A stretch of DNA of 64,000 bases, from contig OX597814.1 of assembly GCA_951406725.2 (NCBI GenBank), positions 182,714,001-182,778,000 of the forward strand. The letters run 5' to 3'. The stretch comes from Octopus vulgaris. Taxonomy: Eukaryota. Position 1 is the first letter of the stretch, and every line of letters starts with the position of its first letter. Shown here piece by piece: positions 27,871 to 40,100 of this stretch. Position numbers and translations under genes: made by a program. The notes under the pieces were generated by a model. The model made no database searches. It worked only from the letters and a program-made list of their open reading frames with translations, and was not told the origin of the DNA.

Positions 27871-27978
27871 ATATATATATGTGTGTGTGTGTGTGCGTAT
27901 ATGTGTGTGTGTGTGTGTGCGTATATGTGTGTGTGTGTGTGCGTATATATATATCTATGTGTGTGTGTGTGCGTATAT

Positions 27979-28010
<32 letters not shown>

Positions 28011-29817
28011 GTATATATGTGTGTGTGTGTATATGTATGTATGTATGTATATATATATATATATGTATGTGTGTGTATGTGTTTGTGTGTCTGTGCTTGT
28101 CCCCCCAACATCGCTTGACAACCGATGGTGGTGTGTTTACGTTCCCGTAACTTACCAGTTCAGCAAAAGAGACCGATAAAATAAGTACTAGGCTTACAAA
28201 AAAATCAGTCCTGGGGTCGATTTGCTTGACTAAAGGTGGTGCTGCAGCATGGCCGCAGTCAAATGACTGAAACAAGTAAAAGAGTAAAAGAATCTAGTAA
28301 AATAACTTTGTCATTATTGACCCTTTAGCACTTAAACTGGCCATATCTAGAGAAAATATTCTCTGTTTTATGTTCAAACTGACCAGGTCTGGCCTCTTGC
28401 ACCACCTACCCTGCAATATCATACTAAAAATTAACAGTTACTTCATAAAAAAGTCTCAAAGCTACAAAATAATGCATGATTAATTTCAAAGCAATGTGGA
28501 ATAAATAAGCATTACTTTTGACAGAATGATGTAAATGCTAGAGTTAAGATCATGTTTGAGACATAATTAACATGGAATCTTGATGGGAGGTTTTAATTTA
28601 GACTATTAATCTTCAGATGTTGAGCCTCATTGAGGCGATGACAAGTGACCGTGACCATGACAATATACTGTGCTTGAGAAGACTCATCAAGCCAAGTGAA
28701 ACCATAGTCATGACTATTACTCTTTTACTTGTTTCAGTCATGTGACTGTGGCCGTACTGGAGCATTGCCTTTAGTCAAGCAAATCGACCCCAGGACTTAT
28801 TCTTTGTAAGCCTAGTACTTATTCTATCGGAATCTTTTGCCGAACAGCTAAGTTACGGGGAACGTAAACACGCCAGCATTGGTTGTCAAGCGATGTTGGG
28901 GGGACAAACACAGACACACAAACATATACACACACACATACATATATATATACATACATATACACGACGGGCTTCTTTCAGTTTCCGTCTACCAAATCCG
29001 TAAGCAAGCTACTTACCACACAGCCACTCCTACACTACCGTTGTCAGTGTCATGTAAATGGCACCCATGAAATTGTAGCGATGGCCATGTTACTGGTATT
29101 AAGTAAATGGCACCCGTGCAGGTGGCACATAAGAGGCACCCATTACACTCTCGGAGTGGTTGGTGTTGGGAAGGGCATCCAGCCATAGAAACCATGCCAA
29201 ATCAAACTGGAACCTGGTGCAGCTCTCCAGCTTACCAGTTCCAGTGAAACTGTCTAAGCCATTCCAGCATGGAAAGCAGACACTAAATGATGATGATGAT
29301 CATCATCATAATGATGATGAGGATGTTTGTGTTACAGAAAGTAGGGTGGTTTCAGACAGGTTTCTATCAAAAGAGTTAAAATCTGTGTTTGTGTCTGGGT
29401 GTTACTGTTGTTGAAATTTAAGTATTTTTATCATTGTTTTTACTGACACCTACATCATTTATATTTAAAAAAACCTTTATAATATTGTTTTATGTTTTAT
29501 CGCCGTCTTCTTTCATGTCAGTATGTCAGTACGGGTTGATTATTTTTGCACACCCACTTAGTTTTGTCATCCTATCTCTTGGTTTATAAATAGCCCTGTT
29601 TCATATTTGCTTCTTGAAAAACTCTTGTACAGCAGCAACATAGCTGAAATTAACACCCGTTTAGCACCACTGCCACTGCTGCTGCTGCTACCACCATCAC
29701 AGCCACTGTCACAACCACCACCACCACCAATGCCACCATAACCAAAACTATCACCACCACTTCCTCTACTGCAACCACCACCACCACCACCAGCACCAGC
29801 ACCAGCACCAGCACCAC

Positions 29818-29849
<32 letters not shown>

Positions 29850-32800
29850 GCAGCACCACCACCACCACCACTTCAAGCAGCAACAACAACAACAGCGGTA
29901 GTAGCAGCAGCACCACCATCAGCACAAGCAGCAGCCACTACCGCTACAAGCAGCAGCAGCAACAACAGCAGCACCACCGTCACAAGCAGCAGAAACAGCA
30001 ACTGCACTCTAGTCCTGCCCCTACCCCCATCACCACCACCATCACTACCACTGTCACCACCAATGTATAATGAACTGCAATCATGCATGTACCTGAACAT
30101 GTGTGGTACACCTATATATTTGTGAAATCCAGGCTATAAATACCCGTTTCCATTGCATACCGGGTGGCAGATATGGTAGAGTGGCAGTTTAAATGTGAAG
30201 AATATCTAGTTATTTTCCATGCTAAGGTCAACTATTCTTACCATCTTTCGGGGGTCAATAGACGTACAAAGGTCATGCATGTTGGACCTCTTCCAGATTA
30301 AGACAAAAAAATATGTACTAGCACTGATACCACATAAAAAGCATCCAATCCACACTGTAAAGTGGTTGGCATTTGGAAGGGCATCCAGCTGTTAAAAGCT
30401 TGCCAAAACTGACCTTGCCTGTGCTTGTGCCATGTAAAAAGCACCCAGTCCACTCTGCTGGGTGGTTGGTGTTAGGAAGGGCATCTAGCTGTAAAACACT
30501 ACCAAAACAGACACAGAAATCTGGTGCAGGCTCCTACCTGGCCAGCTCCTGTCAAACCATCCAACCCATACCAGCATGGAAGGTAAACATTAAATGATGA
30601 TGATGCTGATATACCAGTCAAAGACTGGATGTTAGCATTTGACCGGCCATATTAAACCCAAATATATTTAGCATTCAAGCCAGCCATATTCAGCCCAAAT
30701 ATATTTAGTGTTTAAACTGGCCATATTCAGCCCAAATGTATTTAGCATTCAAGCCGGCCATATTCAGCCCAAATATATTTAGTGTTTAAACTGGCCATAT
30801 TCAGGCCAAATGTATTTAGCATTCAAGCCGGCCATATTCAGCTGAAATATATTTAGTGTTTAAACTGGCCATATTCAGGCCAAATGTATTTAGCATTCAA
30901 GCCAGCCATATTCAGCCCAAATATATTTAGTGTTTAAACTGGCCATATTCAGCCCAAATGTATTTAGCATTCAAGCCTACGATATTCAGCCCAAATATAT
31001 TTAGTGTTTAAACTGGCCATATTCAGGCCAAATATATTTAGTGTTTAAACTGGCCATATTCAGGCCAAATGTATTTAGCATTCAAGCCGGCTATATTCAG
31101 CCCAAATATATTTAGTGTTTAAACTGCCATATTCAGCCCAAATGTATTTAGCATTAAAGCCGGCCATATTCAGCTGAAATATATTTAGTGTTTAAACTGG
31201 CCATATTCAGCCCAAATGTATTTAGCATTCAAGCCAGCCATATTCAGCCCAAATATATTTAGCATTCAAATCGGCCATATTCAGCCCAAATATATTTAGT
31301 GTTTAAACTGGCCATATTCAGCTGAAATATATTTAGCGTTTAAACTGACCATATTCAGGCCAAATGTATTTAGCATTCAAGCCAGCCATGTTCAGCCGAA
31401 ATATATTTAGTGTTTAAACTGGCCATATTCAGGCCAAATGTATTTAGCATTCAAGCCGATGATATTCAGCCGAAATATATTTAGTGTTTAAACTGGCCAT
31501 ATTCAGGCGAAATATATTTAGCATTCAAACCGGCCGTATTCAGCCCAAATATATTTAGTGTTTAAACTGGCCATATTCAGGCCAAATATATTTAGCATTC
31601 AAACCGGCCATATTCAGCCCAAATATATTTAGTGTTTAAACTGGCCATATTCAGCCCAAATATATTTAGCATTCAAACTGGCCATATTCAGCCCAGATAT
31701 TCAAATTGGTTAGCTGTGTGTGGCCTCTTACATCTACCCTACAATGTTATACTAAAAATAAACAATCACATCATTGAAATCTCAAAGCTACAAGATAATG
31801 CATGATTAATTCAAAATAATGTGGATAAATAAGCATTACTTTTCGTAGAGTAATCTGAATGCTAAAGGTTTAACCAAGTATGCCCTCTTCTAAAATATAT
31901 CACCTTGTGCATGTGTTTGAAATCACTATTTCGGTCTCATGCAGATAGATTCTATGTTACTGTATTGAACCAATAAATTACTCCTTAATTGCCAATTAAA
32001 TCTGTAATCTGCTACAGACTCCCTTTTCATTACAGCTTGGCTGTTATGTCAGTAAAATGGAGATGTTGAATGCTTTGTTGAGAGCCAAGAATTAATGAGC
32101 ACTATTAATTACAAATTCATATTTCCACGAACAAGCTGCTACCATATCCATTTTATCTTTGCAATCATTAACCTTTATTTTTTACTGTGTGGTTGTGCGG
32201 TAAGAAATTTGCTTCCCAGTTACATGGTTCAGGGTTCAGCCCCATTTTGTGACACCTTGTCTTCTACTACAGCTTTGAGCTGACCACAGCCTTGTGAGTG
32301 GATTTGATAGATGGAAACTGAAAGAAGCCTGAAACATATATGTGTGTGTGTGTGTGTTTGTGTTTATTCCCCACTTGACAAGCAGTGTTGGTGTGTTTAC
32401 ATCTCTGTAATGGTTTGACATAAGAGACTGATAGAATGGGTAATTAGGCTGGGGTCTATTCATTCTTCAAGGTGGTGCCCCAGCATGGCCACAGTCTAAT
32501 GACAAAAACAAGTAAAAGATAAAAAGAGTAAAAAAATATCTAGCAAGAAGCACTTCACATGATACTCATACAATTAACAATAATTCTCGTGAGTTGCACA
32601 TCATTCCTAAAAATACTTTCCAAAACTTGTGAAAAAAAAAACACTGCAAGTGATGTTTCAGCAGTATATAAAGTTATTTTGGGAGGCACAATGGCCCAGT
32701 TGTTAGGGCAGTGGACTCGCGGTTGGAGGATCACGGTTTTGATTCCCAGTCCAGGCGTTATGTGTGTTTATTCAGCGAAAACACCTAAAGCTCCACGAGG

Positions 32801-34084
32801 CTCTATCAGGGGGTGGTAGCAACCCCTGTTGTACTCTTTCGCTGCAACTTTCTCTCACTCTCTCTTCCTGTTTCTCGAGTAACGCTGCGATGGACTGGCA
32901 TCCCGTCCAGCTGGGGGGAACACATATGCCACAGAAACCGGGAAACCAGGCCCATGAGCCTGGTTAGGCTTAAATAATAAATAAAGTTATTTTGAAAGAA
33001 ACAAGTCAAATTAAATTATAAGGAAAAGCAGTAATAGTTTTTTTAAAGTTTCATTTCTTTTTGGACAAATCTTTATATATACAGGGGTTCAACAAAATAA
33101 TGCCGCTGGCATGTAAAAGCACCCACTTCGCTCTCAGAGTGGTTGGCATTAGGAAGGGCATTGAGCTGTAGAAACTCTGCCAGATCAGATTGGAGCCTGG
33201 TGTAGCCATCTCGCTCGCCAGTCCTCAGTCAAATTGTCCAACCCATGCCAACATGGAAAGCAGGCGTTAAACGATGATGATATATATATTTGTATATGTA
33301 TATGTTTGTGTGTCTGTGCTTGTTCCCTTGACAACCGATGTTGGTGTGTTTATGTCCCCGTAACTTAGCGGTTCTGCAAAAGACGCCTATTAGTACTAGG
33401 CTTACAAAGAATAAATCCTAGGGTAAATTTGTTCGACTAAAGGCGATGCTCCAGCATGGCCACAGTCAAATGACTGAAACAAATGAGAGAATAAGAGAAT
33501 AAGAATATTCATGTAAACAACACAGATTAACAGTTACTGTTTCTAATTTTGACAAAAGGCCAGCAATTTTAGAGTGTGGGAGGAAGTTTGATTACTTCAA
33601 CCCAGTATTTTACTGGTATTTATTTTATCATCCTTGGAAAGATGAAAGGCATAGTTGACCTTGGTGGAAATATAAATTCAGAAAAAATAACATAAAGCAT
33701 TTTTTTCTGATGTGCTAATGACTCTACCAGCTTGCTTGTCTAGATGAACAATGATAACAGAAAATCAAAAACAAAAGTTGTTGTTTATTGAGGCAGATGG
33801 AGTTTATTGACACAGGATTTCCTCATGTCACAAGGTTCACCTATTTCCAAGCAAGATATTTTCTCCATGGCCAAACATGTTTTTGGCAGAATATAGGAAA
33901 GAGTGAAGTTCATTTACGACAGTTATGTGATGTCAAGTTAAGGTGGTACAAACACTCACATACTCACACTCAAACATACATAAATATACATATTTATGTA
34001 TGTGTATACACACACACACACATACACACATATAGTCCAACCCATGCTAGCATGGAAAGTGGACGTTAAACGACGACGACGATG

Positions 34085-34134
<50 letters not shown>

Positions 34135-37100
34135 TATATACATGCACACACACATTCATATTCATATACATGTATAGATGCACACACACATACACACTCA
34201 GACATATTTACATACATACATGCATACATACATACATATGTATATATACACAAACAGACATATACATCATACATGCATGCATGCATACATACATACGTGC
34301 ACACATACACACACACACACACATGCATACATCATACATACATACATACATACATACATGCATACATGCATACATACATACATACATATTGTTGTTTGGG
34401 ACAGAGGGGCAAAGGTATGTACTGTCATAGAGGTCAGCTGCCCTGAAGATATAAATATCTCTTTGAAAATCAAAGAAAAAGAAGATATGTATGGACAGCT
34501 GCTTTGAAACCTCCAGCTTCTATATCCAGACTATGAATTCATATTCGTACTAATAATAATTGGAGCACTAGGTTTTGTTTGGAAATGCTTAAAGGAGAAT
34601 CTGGTTAAACTGGGATTTTCAGAAAGAGAAATCGACCGGTGAATTCGTACATTACAAGTGCAATCTATGAGTGAAAAAGTAGAAATGTGCAAGACTTTTC
34701 TTAAGTTCCAAATGTGGATTTGTCTGTGTTAACTACATCCCAAAGATGGAGCCTTGTATCTTTGTTGGAAACTGGGCCCCTCCTTAGTGGAAGATCTTTA
34801 TATATAAAAGTGAAGTTGTGTGTCTGTCTCCTACGATTTAGATTCCTAACTACTCCCACATTTTGCGGTGCAGTTTAACCAAAACCGTGTATCTTATAGT
34901 CGTGATTCATATCGAGCCCTTCTGGGTATTAGCGCACGTCTACAATGAGTCTACGATTTAAAAAAAAATTTACCATCATTCTTTTCCATTTTAATGCATT
35001 TTTTTCGCTATTATATAAGGGAAGTAACTCTCTAAAAATGTCTGATGAGTCAACGATTTAAAAAAAAATTTGCCATCATTTTTTTCCCCATTTTTAATGC
35101 ATTTTTTTGCTATTTTTTGGCTATAACTCTCTAAAAATGCTTATATAGTTATTTCTCTTACAAACCCGAGCAACGCCGGGCGATACTGCTAGTTTATAAT
35201 AATTAAAAAAATAGAAGACATACGTACGTACACACATACATGCATGCATGCATGATGGGCTTGTTTCACTTTCTGTCTACCAAATTCACTCACAAGGCTT
35301 TGGTTGGATTTGAGCAATAGTAAAAGACACTTGCCCAAGGTGCTGTGCAGTGGGACTGAACCCAAAACCATGTGATTGGGAAGCGAACCTCTCAACCATA
35401 CCCCAATCATGATCATCTTTTTCCTGTGTTGGCATGAGTTGAACAGTTTGTCAGGAACAGGCAAGTCAGAAGACTGCACCTAGCTCTGTTGTCTTCTTTG
35501 GTATGGTTTCTGTGGCTGAACATGCTTCCTAAAGTGAACAACTTTACTGAATGTACCGGATGCTTTTTATGTAGTACCAGCTGCATTGAGGTCACCAAGT
35601 GGCTTGCTGGACAAGGCCCCACAATTGTGGTTGGTAGGGAAGAAATATTGATTTTTAAATTTTGGTGCAAGTCCAAGAATTTGTGGGCAGGGCTAAGACG
35701 ATTACATTGACCTAAGTGTTCAGCTGGTACTTATTAGAAATATTGAGGGACAAAGTGTCTTGTATTAGAGGATAAACATGGCTCCTTCAGATGGAGAGAG
35801 GGAGAAGAGATGGTGAAGATGTGATGGAGATGGAACAGGGATCTTACACCTAAGTTATCGTGGGGTGTATACAATGAAGTGGACTGGGGATTGGAGAGGG
35901 TGAGTGGGTGGGTGAGTTCACAAGATTGCACTAGGGGAGTGGCAGCTGGTGGTAGTCTATGTAATGAATGGGCACAGGTAGAGAGATGGAGTATTAGAAG
36001 GACATGTATGGAAGGGATTCAACAAGGATATATTTTGTGCAGGTAAGTGGAAAAATGGAGGGGGAGAGGAATACAGCAGTGGTGGGCATGGGTGGGAGAA
36101 GGGGGGAGTTGGTAGGAAGATGCATTGTGGTGGCAGGGGACAATGGACATAAGGGACATGCATTTATGTCCTGGATTTTACTTAGCAAATCGCTAGTTGT
36201 CTCAGTTCTTTGTCATCTACTCTGTGAAGATTATTTCTTACCACTTCGAACCACGTCTTCTTGGACTTTCTTTTCTACAGGTTCCTTCCACATTAAGAGA
36301 TTGGCTCTTCTTTATGCTGCTGTCCTTGTCCATACACATCACATGACCATACCAATGCAGTCTTCTCTCTTGCACACTATAACTGGTGCCTCTTATAACC
36401 AATTTTTCTCTGAAAACATCTACACTTTGTCATACATGCACACTGAAATTGCACATCCGACAGAGCATGCTGGCCTCATTTCTTTCAAGTTTTCACATGT
36501 TCTTTGCAGTCACAGCCCATGTTTTGCTACCATGTAGTATAGCTGTTCAAACAGGCATCATGCAATCTGCCTTTCACTCTGAGGAAGAGACCCTTTGTTA
36601 CCAACAAAAATAATAACTCTCTGACCTTTTCCAGCTAGTTCTTATTCTTGTAATGCTGCTTTCAGATAACCTAATTTTGTCTTTACTTTCTTAACTTATT
36701 TTTTCCTATTTATACTTTTTTTCAACATAAATTTTCTAGATGAATTGCAAGTCTCTCATCTGAAAGAAGAACTCCATAAGAGTAGTATATCTTTCCAGGA
36801 AACATCCAAAGTAGGTAATTTATTTCATATTTTACTTTTAGTTTTACAATTGAAGGATAGCATATACAAACAGGAGAAATAAAACTCTATACATATTACT
36901 TATTTTTATTGATAGGCAAGAAGCTACATCAGTGTCAAAAGCTCTAGAGTTTTACACCAGAATATTTATCAAACAGGATAAGATTTGAAAATCAAAATCG
37001 ATCAACATCAATGGAAATTGTAGCTGTGATACCAGTGCCGGTGACACATAAGAGAACGATCCGAACGTGGCCGTTGCCAGTGCCCCCCCCCCGGACTGGT

Positions 37101-40100
37101 CTCCGTGCTGGTGGCATGCAAAAATCACCATCTGATTGTGGCTGTTGCCAGCCTCGCCTGGCCCCTGTGCCGGTGGCATGTAAGAAGCACCATCTGATCG
37201 TGGCCATTTGCCAGCCTCGTCTGGCACGTAAAAAGCACCATCCGATCATGGCCGTTTGCCAGCCTCATCTGGCGCCTGTGCCGGCGGCACGTAAAAAGCA
37301 CACACTACACTCATGGACTGATTGGCTTTAGGAAGGGCATCCAGCCGTAGGAACATTGCCAGATCAGACTGGGCCTGGTGCAGCCTTCTGGCTTCCCAGA
37401 CCCCAGTTGAACCGTCCAACCCATGCCAGCATGGAAAGCGGACGCTAAACGATGTTGATGATGTAACATTTATAAATTTTACATCATCATTATCATCATG
37501 TTGATGTCCATTTTTCATGTTCGCATGGGCTAGATGGAATTTGTTGAAGTGAATTTTCTCAGCCAGGTGCTCTTCTTATCACCATACTTCACCTGTTTCC
37601 AATTAAGGTAATATTTCCAGATGTGTTTTCATGAGAGATTGCAAAAGAAGGATACTGCTTGCATGATGGTGATACTTGTTTTACAACTATCTTGTGAAGT
37701 CAAGGCAAGGAGACAATAATACAAGCATAGACACACACATACATACATACATCTCTCTGTCTATATATACAGGGTTGGCCAAAAGTCACCTGACAGTAAA
37801 TCAAAACCATTCAATTCCAAGATTAAAACAAAAAATAATTTTATATGAGACTTCGCTAATAAATAGACAAATGTTGAAAAAAAGCAGTGATTTTAACTCA
37901 CAGCATTCAATTGTTGAACATTGGAAGGAATAAATAAAATTGAATATTAAGAATTTATGGAATTTTGATTCACTGTCAGGTGACTTTTGGCCAACCCTGT
38001 ATATATACATATGAGGAAGTGCTGAAAAGTTCCTGGGTAAAAGAAAGTATAGGAGGATCAGTTAATTATGATTTTATTCAACATGTTCCCCTCTCAGATT
38101 CACACATGTATTGCAGTGGTCCTTCAGTTTTTCTAAGCCTTGTTAAAAAACTTGGAAAGTTGGTCCTCCATCCAGGCCTTTCACAATACCCTTAAAGCCA
38201 GGAACTTTTCAGCACCCCCTCATACACACACACACACATGCACGCACACAAGACAGACTTCTTTCAGTTTCTATATCTAACAAATCTTCTCCCAAGACTT
38301 TAGCCAGCCTAGGGCTATAGTAGAAGTCACTTCCCTGAGATGCTAAAATTACATTAAATTTATTTATTTTTTGTAGCTGTTAAATCTTATCCAGTTTGAC
38401 TCTTGCATAGAACTTTAGGCCCTTGTGTCATAGATGTACTGATACAATTTATAAATATTTTGATGTTTTGCTTTCCAATCACATGGTTTCATAGTTAGTC
38501 TTAGCATGTGGCATTTTGGGTAAAGTCTTATGAGTGGATTTGGCAGGTGGAAACTGAAAGGAGCCCATCATATATGTGTATGTGTGTTTTGTTGTTTGTC
38601 CCCCACCACTGCTTGACAACCAGTATTGGTTTATTCTTTTACTCTTTTACTTGTTTCAGTCATTTTGACTTTGGCCATGCTAGAGCACTGCCTTTAGTCG
38701 AACAAATCGATCTCAGGACTTATTCTTTGTAAGCCTGGTACTTATTCTATTGGTCTCTTTTGCCGAGCTGCTAAGTTATGGGGATGTAAACACACCAACG
38801 TTGGTTGTCAAGCAATGGTGGTGGTGGGGGACAAACACACACACACACACACACTTACATACAATGGGCTTCTTTCAGTTTCCGTCTATCAAATCCAAGG
38901 CTTTGGTCTGCCTGCAGCTTTCGCAGAAAACACTTGCCCAAGGTACTATGCAGTGGGACTGAACCTGGAAACATGTGGTTGGGAAGTAAGCTTCTTACCA
39001 CACAGCCACACCTGCACCTATTGTTTATCCATAATTTAGTGGTTCAGCAAAAGAGCTCAATAGAATAAGTACTGGGGTTGATTTGTTCAACTAAAACCTT
39101 TCAAGGCAGTACCCCAACATGGGCACAGTCTAGTGACTCAAACAAGAAAAAGATGTATTATTACGGATTAAATTTAGTATATACTATTAAAAGAACTGTT
39201 TGAGTTGGAATAAAATAAACTGAAAAAGAACTGAAGTAACTAAAGAATAAAATATATATAGAAATAGTGAGATTGCTATTTGAATTGTAATTGACTTGTT
39301 CATTACTGTTTGATGGTGACAATGAATTTGGTATAAATGACATTGTTTTTAACCATTTCATTACAATATTTTGGTTGAAACACATTGCCTTTGTTTCTCT
39401 TAAATTTTGAAAATAATGAAAATTCTAATAAAATTACGGTCATTATTAAGCTGATGTAAGGCGGTGAGTTGGCAAACTCATTGGCACATACACAAAGACA
39501 AACACACATAGATATATACATACATACATCATCATCATCATCATTTAGCGTCCGCTTTCCATGCTAGCATGAGTTGGACGGTTCAACTGGGGTCTGGGAA
39601 GCCAGAAGGCTGCACCAGGCCCAGTCTGATCTGGCAATGTTTCTACGGCTGGATGCCCTTCCTAACGCCAACCACTCCATGAGTGTAGTGGGTGCTTTTT
39701 ACGTGCCAGACGGGGCTAGCAAACGGCCACGGTCGGATGGTGCTTTTTACGTGTCACCGGCACGGGGGACAGGCGAGGCTGGCAACGACCACGATTGGAT
39801 GGTGCTTTTTATGTGCCACCGGCACGGGGGCCAGGCGAGGCTGGCAACATCTACAATCGGATGGTGGGCGTCTTTCAGTTTACATCTACCAAATCCACTC
39901 ACAAGGTTTTGGTTGGCCCGAGGCTATAGTAGAAGACTCTTGCCCAAGGTGCCAACCACTCCGAGAGTGTAGTGGGTGTTTTATAAACTAGTTTTGATGG
40001 AAACTCCTTTCAAAATTCCTATTTTGTTTTTCACACATTTACTTGTGTAGGTTTGCAATAACACTCTTTGTGAGAACATGTTGCAATGGCTGAAAACATG

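Noticed and set aside
29650-30100. Hydrophobic poly-V/L ORFs resembling membrane proteins
   Set aside because: Antisense reading of a (CAC/CAG)n tract; no splice-compatible place in the gene model.
30632-31701. Possible CRISPR array (37-bp periodicity)
   Set aside because: Units are contiguous with no unique spacers, there are no cas genes, the context is a eukaryotic intron, and the unit matches a MITE end.
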